A stretch of 32,000 bases of DNA from contig NZ_CP019633.1 in the NCBI RefSeq assembly GCF_001997385.1, positions 1,950,001 to 1,982,000 on the forward strand, read 5' to 3'. This document shows positions 17,395 through 29,538 of the stretch, piece after piece. Source of the stretch: Sedimentisphaera cyanobacteriorum (GTDB lineage Bacteria; Planctomycetota; Phycisphaerae; Sedimentisphaerales; Sedimentisphaeraceae). The notes beneath the pieces were generated by a model. That model saw nothing but the letters and a program-made list of their open reading frames with translations, was not told where the DNA came from and searched no databases. Both the position numbers and the translations under genes were made by a program. Within the stretch, counting starts at the first letter, position 1; each line of letters opens with the position of its first letter.

Positions 17395-18519
17395 ATGCGT
17401 CTTAAGTTATGTGTTATCCTTTTAGTTTCGGCCGCCTGCGTTTATTCTCAGCTCCCGGGAGAGGGCACTCCCGAATCTCCCTGGGTGATAGATACCGCTT
17501 CGGATTTTGATACATACCGAAGAAATGCAGGCTTTTGGACAGGCAGCACTGTACTTGCGGGAGATATAGACCTTTCCGCCTACTCGCCTTATTCCAGATC
17601 GCCGATATCGCCTGACACAGATACATTACTGGGCAACTTCCAGGGAACTCCATTTTCAGGCACGCTCGACGGACAGGGATTCTGCATCACAGGATTATCT
17701 ATCAACCCCTACACAGCTTCGGGCAAAGACCACGAATACCTCGGACTTATCGGAAAAATTTCTTCCTCAGGGGTTGTAAAAAACCTCTCGATATTTTTGG
17801 ATATAAACCCCGCTGAAGACTGCGAAAGTTTTTGCGTGGGTGCCGCCGCAGGTAAAAATTTAGGGCTGATTACAAACTGCACATGCCATGCGGAGATAAC
17901 TCTTCTTGCAGGTGCAAATGTGTGCATAGGCGGGATAACCGGCTACAACGAAGGCAATATCCAACGCTCCACGAGTTCAGGATTTATAAAATGCGGAGGA
18001 GGCTCCAATCGGATTGGGGGAGCAGCGGGGTTCAACAGCTGCGGAGATATGATGCTCTGCTCTTCAAAAGTAAACTTCGTGCTCGGGGACAGCTCGCAAT
18101 ATATCGGGGGGCTTGTCGGATACAATATGGACGCCGAGATAAATCAGTGCTGGGCAGGCGGAGATATAACGAGGCTCTCCACGGCTGCTGATTATCCGGA
18201 CTATGCAGGAGGCTTAGCTGGACGGAACTGCTCAAACAGCAGTATCAAAAACTGCTTCGCATCAGGCGAGGTGGACGGCGATGAATATGCAGGCGGACTT
18301 GTCGGCAAACACGAAAATAGCGGCATAAGAAAATGCTATTCTACAGGAAAGGTAACGGGGAGCCTGCACGTTGGCGGACTTGCGGGCAAATCAGACTCCG
18401 ATGACCCAGACGTGTACGACAGCTTTTGGGACACCGAAACTTCAGGCCGGCAGACAAGCTCCGGAGGCACCGGCAAAACCACCTCCCAGCTCCAGCAGAA
18501 AAGCACGTTTGAAGGCTGA
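17395..18519 (+). CDS. Secreted GLUG-motif repeat protein, truncated relative to its in-frame continuation
   Basis: The 374-aa ORF has a signal peptide MRLKLCVILLVSAACVYS. It carries repeated GG[IL][AVT]G.N....I..C.A.G.V units such as YAGGLAGRNCSNSSIKNCFASGEV and YAGGLVGKHENSGIRKCYSTGKV. RBS AAGGAGG. Confidence 0.8.
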   Translation: MRLKLCVILLVSAACVYSQLPGEGTPESPWVIDTASDFDTYRRNAGFWTGSTVLAGDIDLSAYSPYSRSPISPDTDTLLGNFQGTPFSGTLDGQGFCITGLSINPYTASGKDHEYLGLIGKISSSGVVKNLSIFLDINPAEDCESFCVGAAAGKNLGLITNCTCHAEITLLAGANVCIGGITGYNEGNIQRSTSSGFIKCGGGSNRIGGAAGFNSCGDMMLCSSKVNFVLGDSSQYIGGLVGYNMDAEINQCWAGGDITRLSTAADYPDYAGGLAGRNCSNSSIKNCFASGEVDGDEYAGGLVGKHENSGIRKCYSTGKVTGSLHVGGLAGKSDSDDPDVYDSFWDTETSGRQTSSGGTGKTTSQLQQKSTFEG

Positions 18520-18675
18520 GATTTTATCGGCGTATGGAGAATAAGCCAAACTCCGTTCAATGAGTCCGATTATCCCGTGCTTCGTTTCTACAACCCCGCA
18601 GATATCGATATGTCCTGCGAGATTAACCTCAGCGATTTCGTGATTTTCGCACAAAACTGGCTAAGCGAAGACTGA
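18520..18675 (+). pseudogene. In-frame continuation of the GLUG gene beyond a TGA (WDF..VW box plus dockerin-like tail)
   Basis: Directly after the TGA at 18517-18519 the same frame reads DFIGVWRISQTPFNESDYPVLRFYNPADIDMSCEINLSDFVIFAQNWLSED*. This is the expected C-terminal part of this protein class. Confidence 0.6.
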
Positions 18676-18905
18676 TTCGGCAATAATATCTGCAAGGCTT
18701 AAGAAGATATGCCTGCATATTACTTAATCTATTTGGTATTATTCTTTCTTTTACCATACCTTGCAGTTTAAGAATGGCGATTCTATAATGCCGAGTACTT
18801 TTAAATTTTTGGCTGTTTTAGGAAACTCAACGATATATTTTTTCAAAAACTTTGAAATTTTCCACTTGAAATGACATTAATATATGAGTTTATTTATTAA
18901 ATTAA

Positions 18906-22031
<3,126 letters not shown>

Positions 22032-22073
22032 GCTAAAGATAACAAATAAGTTTTTAGAGCAAAGGAGCTGAGT

Positions 22074-23519
22074 TTGAAACGAAGAACGTTTTTAAGAAAT
22101 TTAGGATTTCAGGCGGCCGCCCTTACATTCGGGGCAGGCCTTGCCGGCGGGGCTGAGAAGAAAAGGCCGAATTTTGTTTTCCTTATCACAGACGACATAT
22201 CGCCCAATGATTTAGGCTTCTACGGCAATCAGCACGTTAAAACGCCAAATCTTGACAGCGTGGCAAAGCAGAGCCTCGTTTTTGATAATGCGTATCTTAC
22301 GATAAGCTCATGCTCTCCGAGCAGGTGTTCTATCATCACCGGCCGCTATCCGCACAATACTGGTGCGCCAGAACTGCACACCCCACTGCCCAAACAGCAG
22401 CGCACATTTATGCAGGAATTCCACAAAGCCGGCTACTACACAGCCCTTGCAGGCAAAAACCACATGGGCAGAAATAAATCGCTCGGGTTCGATTTGGTGG
22501 TAGATTCCCGCCCTTCGGGTTCTGAGAAGTGGATGGATGTGCTCAAGGGAAGACCAAAGAATAAGCCTTTCTTTATGTGGTTTGCCTCACACGATGCCCA
22601 CAGAGACTGGCAGATAAACGACAAGGCGCCGGAATACGAGCTGGAAGATGTGAAAGTTCCGCCGATGATGTACGACGGAACTGAGGCAAGAAAGAATCTT
22701 GCAGGCTTCTATCACGAAGTAAGCCGGACAGACCATTATGCAGGCAAAGTGATTGAAGAGCTCAAAAGGCAGGGCGAACTCGATAATACGTACTTCATCT
22801 ACACAGCAGACAACGGAAGGCCGTTCATACGCTGCAAGAATTATATGTATGAGAGCGGGATAAAAACGCCTTTGCTGATTAGAGGCCCGGGCGTTGAGCA
22901 GGGCAGAACAGATTCGCTGGTTAGCTCGATTGACTATTCTGCAACCTTCCTTGAGCTTGCCGGGCTCAAAAAGCCCGAAACCGTGCAGGGCGTGAGCTTT
23001 GCTAAAACGCTAAGCGATCATCAGCACCAAAGCAGGGATGCTGCATTCGCCGAGAGGAACTGGCACGTTTACAAGCTGCATGAACGGATGGTTCGCACGG
23101 GGGACTGGCTCTACATCTGGAACGCATACCCGGGAGAATACAACGTATGCGGCGAGAGCGCCAGCTATGGTTTTGCAGATGTGAAGGAATTCTGGAAAGC
23201 AGCACAAGAAGGCAGGCTAACGGAAAACCAGATGAAAGTTACAATGAAGAATCAGCCCGAAGAGCAGCTTTATAACGTGCGGGAAGACCCGCACCAGTTC
23301 TGCGACCGCTCCAAAGACCCTGCCTGCAAAGAGATAATGGACAAGATGCGCAGCCTGCTGGATAAATGGAAAAAGCAGACCGGCGACAGCGTACCGAAAA
23401 ATCCTACTCAGGACAGAGGCACTCTTCACGGCGGCGGTAAAATGGGCAAACGCGGGGATTTCCCGGGAGCGGCAAACAACGCCGCTGAGATAAACCGCCC
23501 CGGCCCAATCAAACTTTAG
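22074..23519 (+). CDS. Arylsulfatase-type sulfatase with a Tat signal
   Basis: The 481-aa ORF has a TTG start 8 nt after AAGGAG and a twin-arginine signal KRRTFLRNLG. It contains the formylglycine motif SSCSPSRCSIITGR and PNFVFLITDD. Confidence 0.9.
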   Translation: MKRRTFLRNLGFQAAALTFGAGLAGGAEKKRPNFVFLITDDISPNDLGFYGNQHVKTPNLDSVAKQSLVFDNAYLTISSCSPSRCSIITGRYPHNTGAPELHTPLPKQQRTFMQEFHKAGYYTALAGKNHMGRNKSLGFDLVVDSRPSGSEKWMDVLKGRPKNKPFFMWFASHDAHRDWQINDKAPEYELEDVKVPPMMYDGTEARKNLAGFYHEVSRTDHYAGKVIEELKRQGELDNTYFIYTADNGRPFIRCKNYMYESGIKTPLLIRGPGVEQGRTDSLVSSIDYSATFLELAGLKKPETVQGVSFAKTLSDHQHQSRDAAFAERNWHVYKLHERMVRTGDWLYIWNAYPGEYNVCGESASYGFADVKEFWKAAQEGRLTENQMKVTMKNQPEEQLYNVREDPHQFCDRSKDPACKEIMDKMRSLLDKWKKQTGDSVPKNPTQDRGTLHGGGKMGKRGDFPGAANNAAEINRPGPIKL

Positions 23520-23533
23520 ATTCAGCGCATAAG

Positions 23534-23561
23534 AAAGGCCGGCTTCAAAACCGGCCTTTTT
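23534..23561. terminator. Bidirectional terminator between the convergent sulfatase and fba genes
   Basis: AAAGGCCGG-cttcaaaa-CCGGCCTTTTT has A/T tracts on both sides. Confidence 0.65.
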
Positions 23562-23587
23562 AATTTCATACCGCTGAAACAATCAGC

Positions 23588-24538
23588 TTATCTGCATTCA
23601 GCAGCCTTGCCTGAACAGCCGAGAACTTCGAGCTTATGGAGAACCATATTTTCAATAGCATCGCGGCCTGGGCCGAGGTATTTACGCGGATCGAATTCGC
23701 TCGGATTGGTAGCGAAAACTTCACGAATCTTTGCGGTAAGAGCCATACGGAGGTCTGTATCGATATTAACCTTGCAGATAGCCATCTTTGAAGCTTCTGT
23801 AATAGCTTCCTCCGGCACGCCCATAGCGTCGGGCATATCGCCGCCGTATTTATTGATCAAATCCTTGAATTCCGGAAGCACTGAGCTTGAACCGTGCATA
23901 ACCAGCGGGAATTCCGGAATCTTCTCGGAGATCTTCTCAATCACATCGTAAGCAAGCTTTGGAGCTTCCTTGAATTTGTAAGCGCCGTGGCTTGTCCCGC
24001 AGGCGATAGCGAGCGAGTCAACGCCGGTTTTCTCTACAAATTCCACAGCCTGATCTGGGTTGGTCAGGTGCTTCATTACGTCTTCAGAAGAAACGCCTAC
24101 AACATCCTCTTCAATCCCGCCGAGCTGGCCGAGCTCTGCCTCTACAACTACGCCGTGGTCGTGAGCGTATTCAACAACCTTCTTTGTAATCGCGATATTT
24201 TCCTCAAGTTCGTGGTGTGAACCGTCGATCATTACTGATGTAAAGCCGTCATCAACGCACTGCTTGCAGGTTTCGAAGCTGTCGCCGTGGTCGAGGTGCA
24301 TGGCAATCGGAATGTCAGGATTCTGCTCTGCAGCAACATCAATAATTGCCTTGAGATAATTCATATTCGCATACTTCCTCGCCCCTTTTGACACCTGAAG
24401 TATCAGCGGAGACTTTGTTTTTGCGATTGCATTAACAATACCCTGAGTGATCTCCATATTGTTAACATTGAACGCACCGATCGCATAGCCGTTTTTATAA
24501 GCGGCATCGAACATCTTTTTGGTTGTTACAAGAGGCAT
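23588..24538 (-). CDS. fba: Class II fructose-1,6-bisphosphate aldolase
   Basis: The 316-aa ORF contains YAIGAFNVNNME, AMHLDHGDS, GTSHGAYKF and VMHGSSSV (metal-binding His motifs). Confidence 0.95.
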   Translation of the reverse strand: MPLVTTKKMFDAAYKNGYAIGAFNVNNMEITQGIVNAIAKTKSPLILQVSKGARKYANMNYLKAIIDVAAEQNPDIPIAMHLDHGDSFETCKQCVDDGFTSVMIDGSHHELEENIAITKKVVEYAHDHGVVVEAELGQLGGIEEDVVGVSSEDVMKHLTNPDQAVEFVEKTGVDSLAIACGTSHGAYKFKEAPKLAYDVIEKISEKIPEFPLVMHGSSSVLPEFKDLINKYGGDMPDAMGVPEEAITEASKMAICKVNIDTDLRMALTAKIREVFATNPSEFDPRKYLGPGRDAIENMVLHKLEVLGCSGKAAECR

Positions 24539-24776
24539 TACACGCTCCTTTATCTTAAAAGATTCTTAAATTTATCAATTGCGTTAAAAAAGCGCAGACT
24601 CTCTGCGCTCAAACAAGAAGAATATATTATTCAATCTTCACGGCTTGTCAAGCGTGCTGCCAAAGGCAAAAAACCAGAGCCGCCCCGTCAAGCACAAGGA
24701 GACAAGCAGGCAGAAGAGTATGGAATATAAATCGCCGAACTTCAAAGTGTTTAAAGGCTTTAGAAATTCGCCCCAA

Positions 24777-24803
24777 GTAAAAAGCCTGCAAATTATGCAG
24801 GCT
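24777..24803 (-). terminator. Rho-independent terminator of the EF-G-like gene
   Basis: The minus strand reads AGCCTGCA-TAATT-TGCAGGCT followed by TTTTTAC. It starts about 10 nt after the stop codon. Confidence 0.7.
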
Positions 24804-24813
24804 TTTAATTAGT

Positions 24814-26841
24814 CTATTCTTTTTCCTCTTCGGCCTTGTATTTCTCTATTACCTTCTGCTGCACATTCGGCGGAACTACATCATAATGGCTAAGTTCCAT
24901 TGAGTAGCTGCCTTGTCCTCCGGTCATACTCTTAAGCTGGCCGTCATAGTTTGCCACTTCCGAAAGCGGAACAAGCGCCTTCACCGAGGCCATATCCCCC
25001 GAAAGCATTTCCTGGCCCTGCACCCGGCCTCTCTTGCCGGATATATCGCCGGTAACATCGCCGATGAATTCGGTTGGAACGGTAATCTCCATATCAACCA
25101 CAGGCTCGAGCAGACAGGGCTTTGCCTTCTGCACAGCATCAATAAATGCCCCTTTGCCCGCAGCTCTAAAAGCAACTTCCTTGGAATCTACAGGGTGATG
25201 CTTGCCGTCGTAGATGCTTACCTTGATATCCTGCATCGGAAATCCTGCTGTTACGCCGGACTCCATCACATCCTCAATACCCTTAACTACTGGCGTTTCA
25301 AATTGAGAAGGGATGGAACCGCCAAAAATATCCCAGCTGTAAGACAGCGATGGTTCCTGATCGCGTTCGCCGGGCTCCACCCTGAGATAGACCTCGCCGA
25401 ACTGACCAGCCCCGCCGGACTGTTTCTTGTGCCTGTAATGGCCTTCTGCTTTAGCTGTGATAGTTTCTTTGTAAGGAATTTTTGGCGGCTTGGTGTTAAC
25501 ATGGACCTTGTAAATCTTTTCCATTTTGGAGAGCATAACTTTCAGATGCATCTCTCCCAAACCCTTGATTACAAGTTCCTTTGTGTTGGGGTCGTGCCCT
25601 TCCGCGAAACAGGGATCCCCTTCACAAAGCCTTTCCAGAGCCACGCCGATTTTCGTCTCATCCCCTTTGGACGCAGGCTCCAATGCGAGAGCAAACATAG
25701 GCAGCGGGAGTTCTGTAAGTTCAAAACTTCCGCTAACCTTACCGTCATGAATAAGATCACCGTATTTCAGGTCATCGATTTTCGCAAGACATATAATATC
25801 ACCCGCCGAAGCGCTTTCGATCTCGTCTGTTTCAGCTCCCTGAGGCCTTAGAATATGCCCGGGACGCAAAGCCTTTTTCTCATCATTGCAGTGCATCTGA
25901 GTATCGGATTTAATTGTGCCGCTGAAAAGGCGGATGAATGAATATTTCATATGGGTTTTGGGGTCCGTACCCACTTTGAAAACAAGTCCTGCAAGCGGGC
26001 CTTCCGGATCCGCCTTGAGCTCTGTTTTATTCTCACCGTCAGTTAGAACTGCGGGTTTGGCCTGGTCAGGTGATGGAGCGCTTTCATAGATCACCTCGAG
26101 AAGCTCCTCAATCCCTGCTTCATTTTTTGCGCTTGTGAAAACTATTGGAACAACGCTGCCTTCCAGCATCGCCTTCACAAAAACCTCTTCCACCTTCTGC
26201 TTGCTTATCTCTTCTCCGCCGAGGTATGCCTCCATGAGGTCATCATCGCATTCGATAATGCTCTCTACGAGCTGCGTATGAGCGTCTTCCGCTGTGATAA
26301 AGGATTCTCCCTGATCATTAGATACGCAGTCTATAACGGATTTATGGTCTAAGGTTGGAAGGTTCGCACATCTGCATTCTGTTCCGAAGGTCTGTTGAAT
26401 CTGCTCAACAAGCTCGGCACATTCTGCGTCATCGTGATCGAGTTTGTTTACTACAATAATCTTGCACAGGCCAGCCTGATCTGCTGCCTTGTACATCCTT
26501 CTGGTGTTCACTTCTATGCCGTTGCTGGCATTTACTACAATAAGAGCTGTTTCTGCTGCTGAAAGGGAGGAAAGGGCTCCGCCTAAGAATCCCGGATAAC
26601 CCGGACAATCGATAAAATTGATTTGTTTGCCTTTGTAGTCGGTATGAGCTATTGCTGACTGAATTGAATGCTGAATTTCTTTTTCTTCGTCGTCGTAATC
26701 ACAGACGGTATTCTTTTCCTCGATCGTTCCGTGCCGGTTTATCTGACCGGTCTTGTGGAGAGCCGCCTCCACAAGCGTGGTTTTCCCAGAACTTCCATGA
26801 CCGAGGAGTACAACGTTTTTTATGTCGCTTACTTTAGCCAC
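24814..26841 (-). CDS. Elongation factor G family GTPase (EF-G2-type paralogue)
   Basis: The 675-aa ORF has a G1 motif GHGSSGKTTL instead of the canonical AHIDAGKTT, as in EF-G2-type proteins. It also has G3 DCPGYPGF and G4 NKLD, plus complete domains II-V. Confidence 0.9.
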   Translation of the reverse strand: MAKVSDIKNVVLLGHGSSGKTTLVEAALHKTGQINRHGTIEEKNTVCDYDDEEKEIQHSIQSAIAHTDYKGKQINFIDCPGYPGFLGGALSSLSAAETALIVVNASNGIEVNTRRMYKAADQAGLCKIIVVNKLDHDDAECAELVEQIQQTFGTECRCANLPTLDHKSVIDCVSNDQGESFITAEDAHTQLVESIIECDDDLMEAYLGGEEISKQKVEEVFVKAMLEGSVVPIVFTSAKNEAGIEELLEVIYESAPSPDQAKPAVLTDGENKTELKADPEGPLAGLVFKVGTDPKTHMKYSFIRLFSGTIKSDTQMHCNDEKKALRPGHILRPQGAETDEIESASAGDIICLAKIDDLKYGDLIHDGKVSGSFELTELPLPMFALALEPASKGDETKIGVALERLCEGDPCFAEGHDPNTKELVIKGLGEMHLKVMLSKMEKIYKVHVNTKPPKIPYKETITAKAEGHYRHKKQSGGAGQFGEVYLRVEPGERDQEPSLSYSWDIFGGSIPSQFETPVVKGIEDVMESGVTAGFPMQDIKVSIYDGKHHPVDSKEVAFRAAGKGAFIDAVQKAKPCLLEPVVDMEITVPTEFIGDVTGDISGKRGRVQGQEMLSGDMASVKALVPLSEVANYDGQLKSMTGGQGSYSMELSHYDVVPPNVQQKVIEKYKAEEEKE

Positions 26842-27060
26842 AATGTCGCCTCCGTGTATAGTAAAACTTTAGTTTAAAAGCAAGGCAATTTTTGACAGTA
26901 GTGGGATGTTACTGAAATCTTTTTTCTTGGCAAGCAAAATTGTGGGAAAAATCCAAGTTTAACAATAAAAAGTTTGATTAGAGCATTATTAGCATACCCT
27001 AAAAACGGGATTAAACTTTTATTCGCTTTCAGTAAGCAGCAGATTCATTCCGGAAAATCC

Positions 27061-28224
27061 CTAAAGCTCTTTGAGCCAGTTGTCCGCAAATTCTATGAGG
27101 TCGAGCTCATCTGTAATTGAATCCCTGTTAAAATCAGCATTCGGATCATCAGTTTTCCAGACACTTGAAAACGCCGAATAATCCGACTGGTCTATCTTCC
27201 CGTCGCCGTTAAGGTCTCCAAAGAGAGAATGAAAATTAATGCGGTAATAGCCGTCATTTGCGTGCATATCATCATCAATAAGAGTTCCGCCTTCAGCATC
27301 AATTACTGAATCGCAGCTGATCTCTAATACGAAATTCCCGTCCGGAAGCGGCGCGTCCGGCGTTATGCTAAGCCCCTCTAAATCCTCTTCAATTAACACA
27401 GAAGATGGAATAATCTCTGAATTGCTCGTATTTCGAATATTTATCTCAGGACTGGATTCTGAAGCGAGCGGCTCGCTGAATTGCAGAGATATATCATCAA
27501 TCCTTGAATTCTGCGTCAAATCCTCAAGCGAGCAGTGCTCAACATAAACAAAGGGCTGTATGCTCCCGTAGGCTTCAAGCTCCAGAACTGTGGTAAACGG
27601 GTAGCTCCCGCCGGCAGTTCCTGAAATTCTTGCCTTGGTGCAGACGATCGGGTCAAAATTAAATTCTATATCCTGATACATCTTTAGCTTTTCAAGAGGC
27701 TCGGACTGGGTGATATTTGAAGGCTCTGCATATTCGCCGTTCTTAAATACCTCAATCTTTATATCCTCAAAAAATCCGCCCTTGAGAGGATTATCCGCCA
27801 CATAGGTATTTACCCCGTTCCAGACAACATCACCTTCATAAAATCTTACCGAATCAATCAATACAGGTTCGCCGAATTCAAGCTCATACCAGTCCTGCTC
27901 GCCGCTGAGGCCTAAGCTCCAGTAAGGACGATGCCCGTTATGAGAATTATCATAAACCCCGTCAATCAGAGAAAGGATATTGTATCTGTCATTGGAAGTG
28001 CTCGTGTGTTTTTTGGCCGCATTAACTGTTACATCAATCCCGTTTGCAAGAGCCTCTCCTGCAAGTCCCCTCGGGGATTCCGGAGAAGGATTTTCAGGCA
28101 GAGCCGAAGCCTGCTGGGTGTTGATTTGGTAAGTTATTTGTTCGCCGTCTATTTGTTTAGCACCGCCGTTTGCGAGTATATTAGTTTCTGCTAAATCAGC
28201 TGCCCTGTTTGCTATGCTGTTCAC
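27061..28224 (-). CDS. Discoidin/galactose-binding-like, Ig-like and dockerin-like domain protein; probably the 3' part of a frameshifted gene
   Basis: The 387-aa ORF has no signal peptide and only a GTG start in the track. It contains WYELEFGEPVLIDSVRFYEGD (F5/8 type C-like). The C-terminal DLNGDGKIDQSDY...DFNRDSITDELDLIEFADNWL is a pair of Ca-binding dockerin-like loops. Confidence 0.7.
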   Translation of the reverse strand: MNSIANRAADLAETNILANGGAKQIDGEQITYQINTQQASALPENPSPESPRGLAGEALANGIDVTVNAAKKHTSTSNDRYNILSLIDGVYDNSHNGHRPYWSLGLSGEQDWYELEFGEPVLIDSVRFYEGDVVWNGVNTYVADNPLKGGFFEDIKIEVFKNGEYAEPSNITQSEPLEKLKMYQDIEFNFDPIVCTKARISGTAGGSYPFTTVLELEAYGSIQPFVYVEHCSLEDLTQNSRIDDISLQFSEPLASESSPEINIRNTSNSEIIPSSVLIEEDLEGLSITPDAPLPDGNFVLEISCDSVIDAEGGTLIDDDMHANDGYYRINFHSLFGDLNGDGKIDQSDYSAFSSVWKTDDPNADFNRDSITDELDLIEFADNWLKEL

Positions 28225-28285
28225 TGATTCGTAAGAATTCAGGTTTAGCCTGTATATGTTTCGGTATGTATTGCTGCATACATCT

Positions 28286-29299
28286 TCACCGAACAGGTCT
28301 TGAGGGAGGCCGCTTCTGCCTTTTATTATGCCGATTATACCCCCCCCCCGCTGTGGCCGGGTTGCAGTCGCAGTCCCAGCCCGCTAAAATTCCTATCTGG
28401 GCAGTGTTTTTATAATCGCCATCACCATACAAAAGGCAAAGTACCGTTGCCCCCAGGTTGACAGTGGATTCTATCCAGTTGTGATATCTGCCATTGGCAA
28501 AATCTCCGCTGCCGTAATAATCATAAAGCAGGCTGCGGGTTTCCCGCCAATTTGGCGTTCCCTCGGCCATATCGGCCTCGTACCAGCTCAGCACATCTGA
28601 AACCACATCATAGCTTCTGCTGGTAGCTGGAAGAATATCCAATGCATTCTCAACAAGTGTTTTAATATCAGACTCAAAATAAGCCATTGAATACATTGCC
28701 CCGTAAAACTGGGCTGCGTGTACAGGGTAGCCGGCATTTGAAATATTCGCAAATGTATAAACAGTGTCAACGGTGCCTTGGGTAAGACCGGGGTAAACCG
28801 CACCAATTATCTCAGTAGTAATCTGCGAATCGATGGAATACCAGTGCATATTTCTGTGCCTGCTGCCTGTTTCCGGAGGAATATACCCATCGCCCATTAA
28901 AGACCAAGCCTGACGATTCGAAATGTAAACCCCTGACCCGCTTGAATTTATATGATCCAGCCATTGCCAAGCAAGCTGCTGACCCGTAGGGTTGGCCCCG
29001 TATTGCTCAAGCGTATCCATCGCAATATATTCGATATCAGTATCATCATCTCCCGGCCAATAATCATCAGGGCCTCTGAGGTCCCAATCAACGCTTTCAG
29101 CAGGATTAGGTGAACTGCCGCTGTAATGCCCTTCTGTTGACCGTCCGGCCATATTGGCCACAATCTGACCAAGCCACATCCCTTCGATACGGTCAACCAA
29201 ATCCGAACGCATAATTTGTTCCTGTGAGAAGCTCTCCTGCGGAAAGACCAAAGATATGCAGAAGAACATTATTAAACCCGAACTTACAAAAGTTTTCAT
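28286..29299 (-). CDS. Secreted ADP-ribosylglycohydrolase family protein, with the C-terminus derailed by a frameshift
   Basis: The 337-aa ORF has a signal peptide MKTFVSSGLIMFFCISLVFP and the acidic metal-site motifs WPGDDDTDIEY and GWDCDCNPATAGG. The last 20 aa (YNRHNKRQKRPPSRPVR) look like out-of-frame junk following the G10 tract. Confidence 0.75.
   Translation of the reverse strand: MKTFVSSGLIMFFCISLVFPQESFSQEQIMRSDLVDRIEGMWLGQIVANMAGRSTEGHYSGSSPNPAESVDWDLRGPDDYWPGDDDTDIEYIAMDTLEQYGANPTGQQLAWQWLDHINSSGSGVYISNRQAWSLMGDGYIPPETGSRHRNMHWYSIDSQITTEIIGAVYPGLTQGTVDTVYTFANISNAGYPVHAAQFYGAMYSMAYFESDIKTLVENALDILPATSRSYDVVSDVLSWYEADMAEGTPNWRETRSLLYDYYGSGDFANGRYHNWIESTVNLGATVLCLLYGDGDYKNTAQIGILAGWDCDCNPATAGGGYNRHNKRQKRPPSRPVR
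28340..28349. repeat. Homopolymer tract C10 (G10 on the coding strand)
   Basis: Ten consecutive C residues were counted directly in the sequence. They lie exactly at the ORF break. Confidence 0.95.
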
Positions 29300-29538
29300 A
29301 CTAACCCCATATAAATATACAAATTTAGCTAATTAGCACTTTTCTACATTAAAGGTTTGGTAAAGTCAAGTTTAAATAAGTGTAGTTTAGCAGAATTATT
29401 TAAAACAAAACTAATAAGTTTAAAGGCAAAACTTGAGCCTCAGTTTGTGTTTTTGCATTATAGCTCGAAAAGCCTGCAAATTCCGGCACTGATATTCGAG
29501 AATTCACGCTTTAAGATTGCTTTTAACATTCCGAGAAG

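Larger units (their letters stand above)
27061..29299 (-). pseudogene. Single 746-codon gene (ARH, discoidin-like, Ig-like and dockerin-like domains) interrupted by a 1-nt frameshift in a G10 tract
   Basis: Removing one G from the G10 run gives ...NPATAGGGIIGIIKGRSGLPQDLFGEDVCSNTYRNIYRLNLNSYESVNSIANRAADL.... This reads without stops into the 27061-28224 ORF. It also restores the expected ARH C-terminal helix. Confidence 0.6.

Noticed and set aside
18517-18519. TGA reassigned to Trp as a genetic-code variant
   Set aside because: Several well-supported genes in the window terminate at TGA at sensible positions with start/stop coupling, for example the HTH gene, the ATPase gene and the 218-aa gene. 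A single nonsense mutation or sequencing error is more parsimonious.
24913-25851. 312-aa plus-strand ORF
   Set aside because: It is entirely antisense to the well-supported EF-G-like gene. It is a shadow ORF with low-complexity, Arg/Leu-rich composition.
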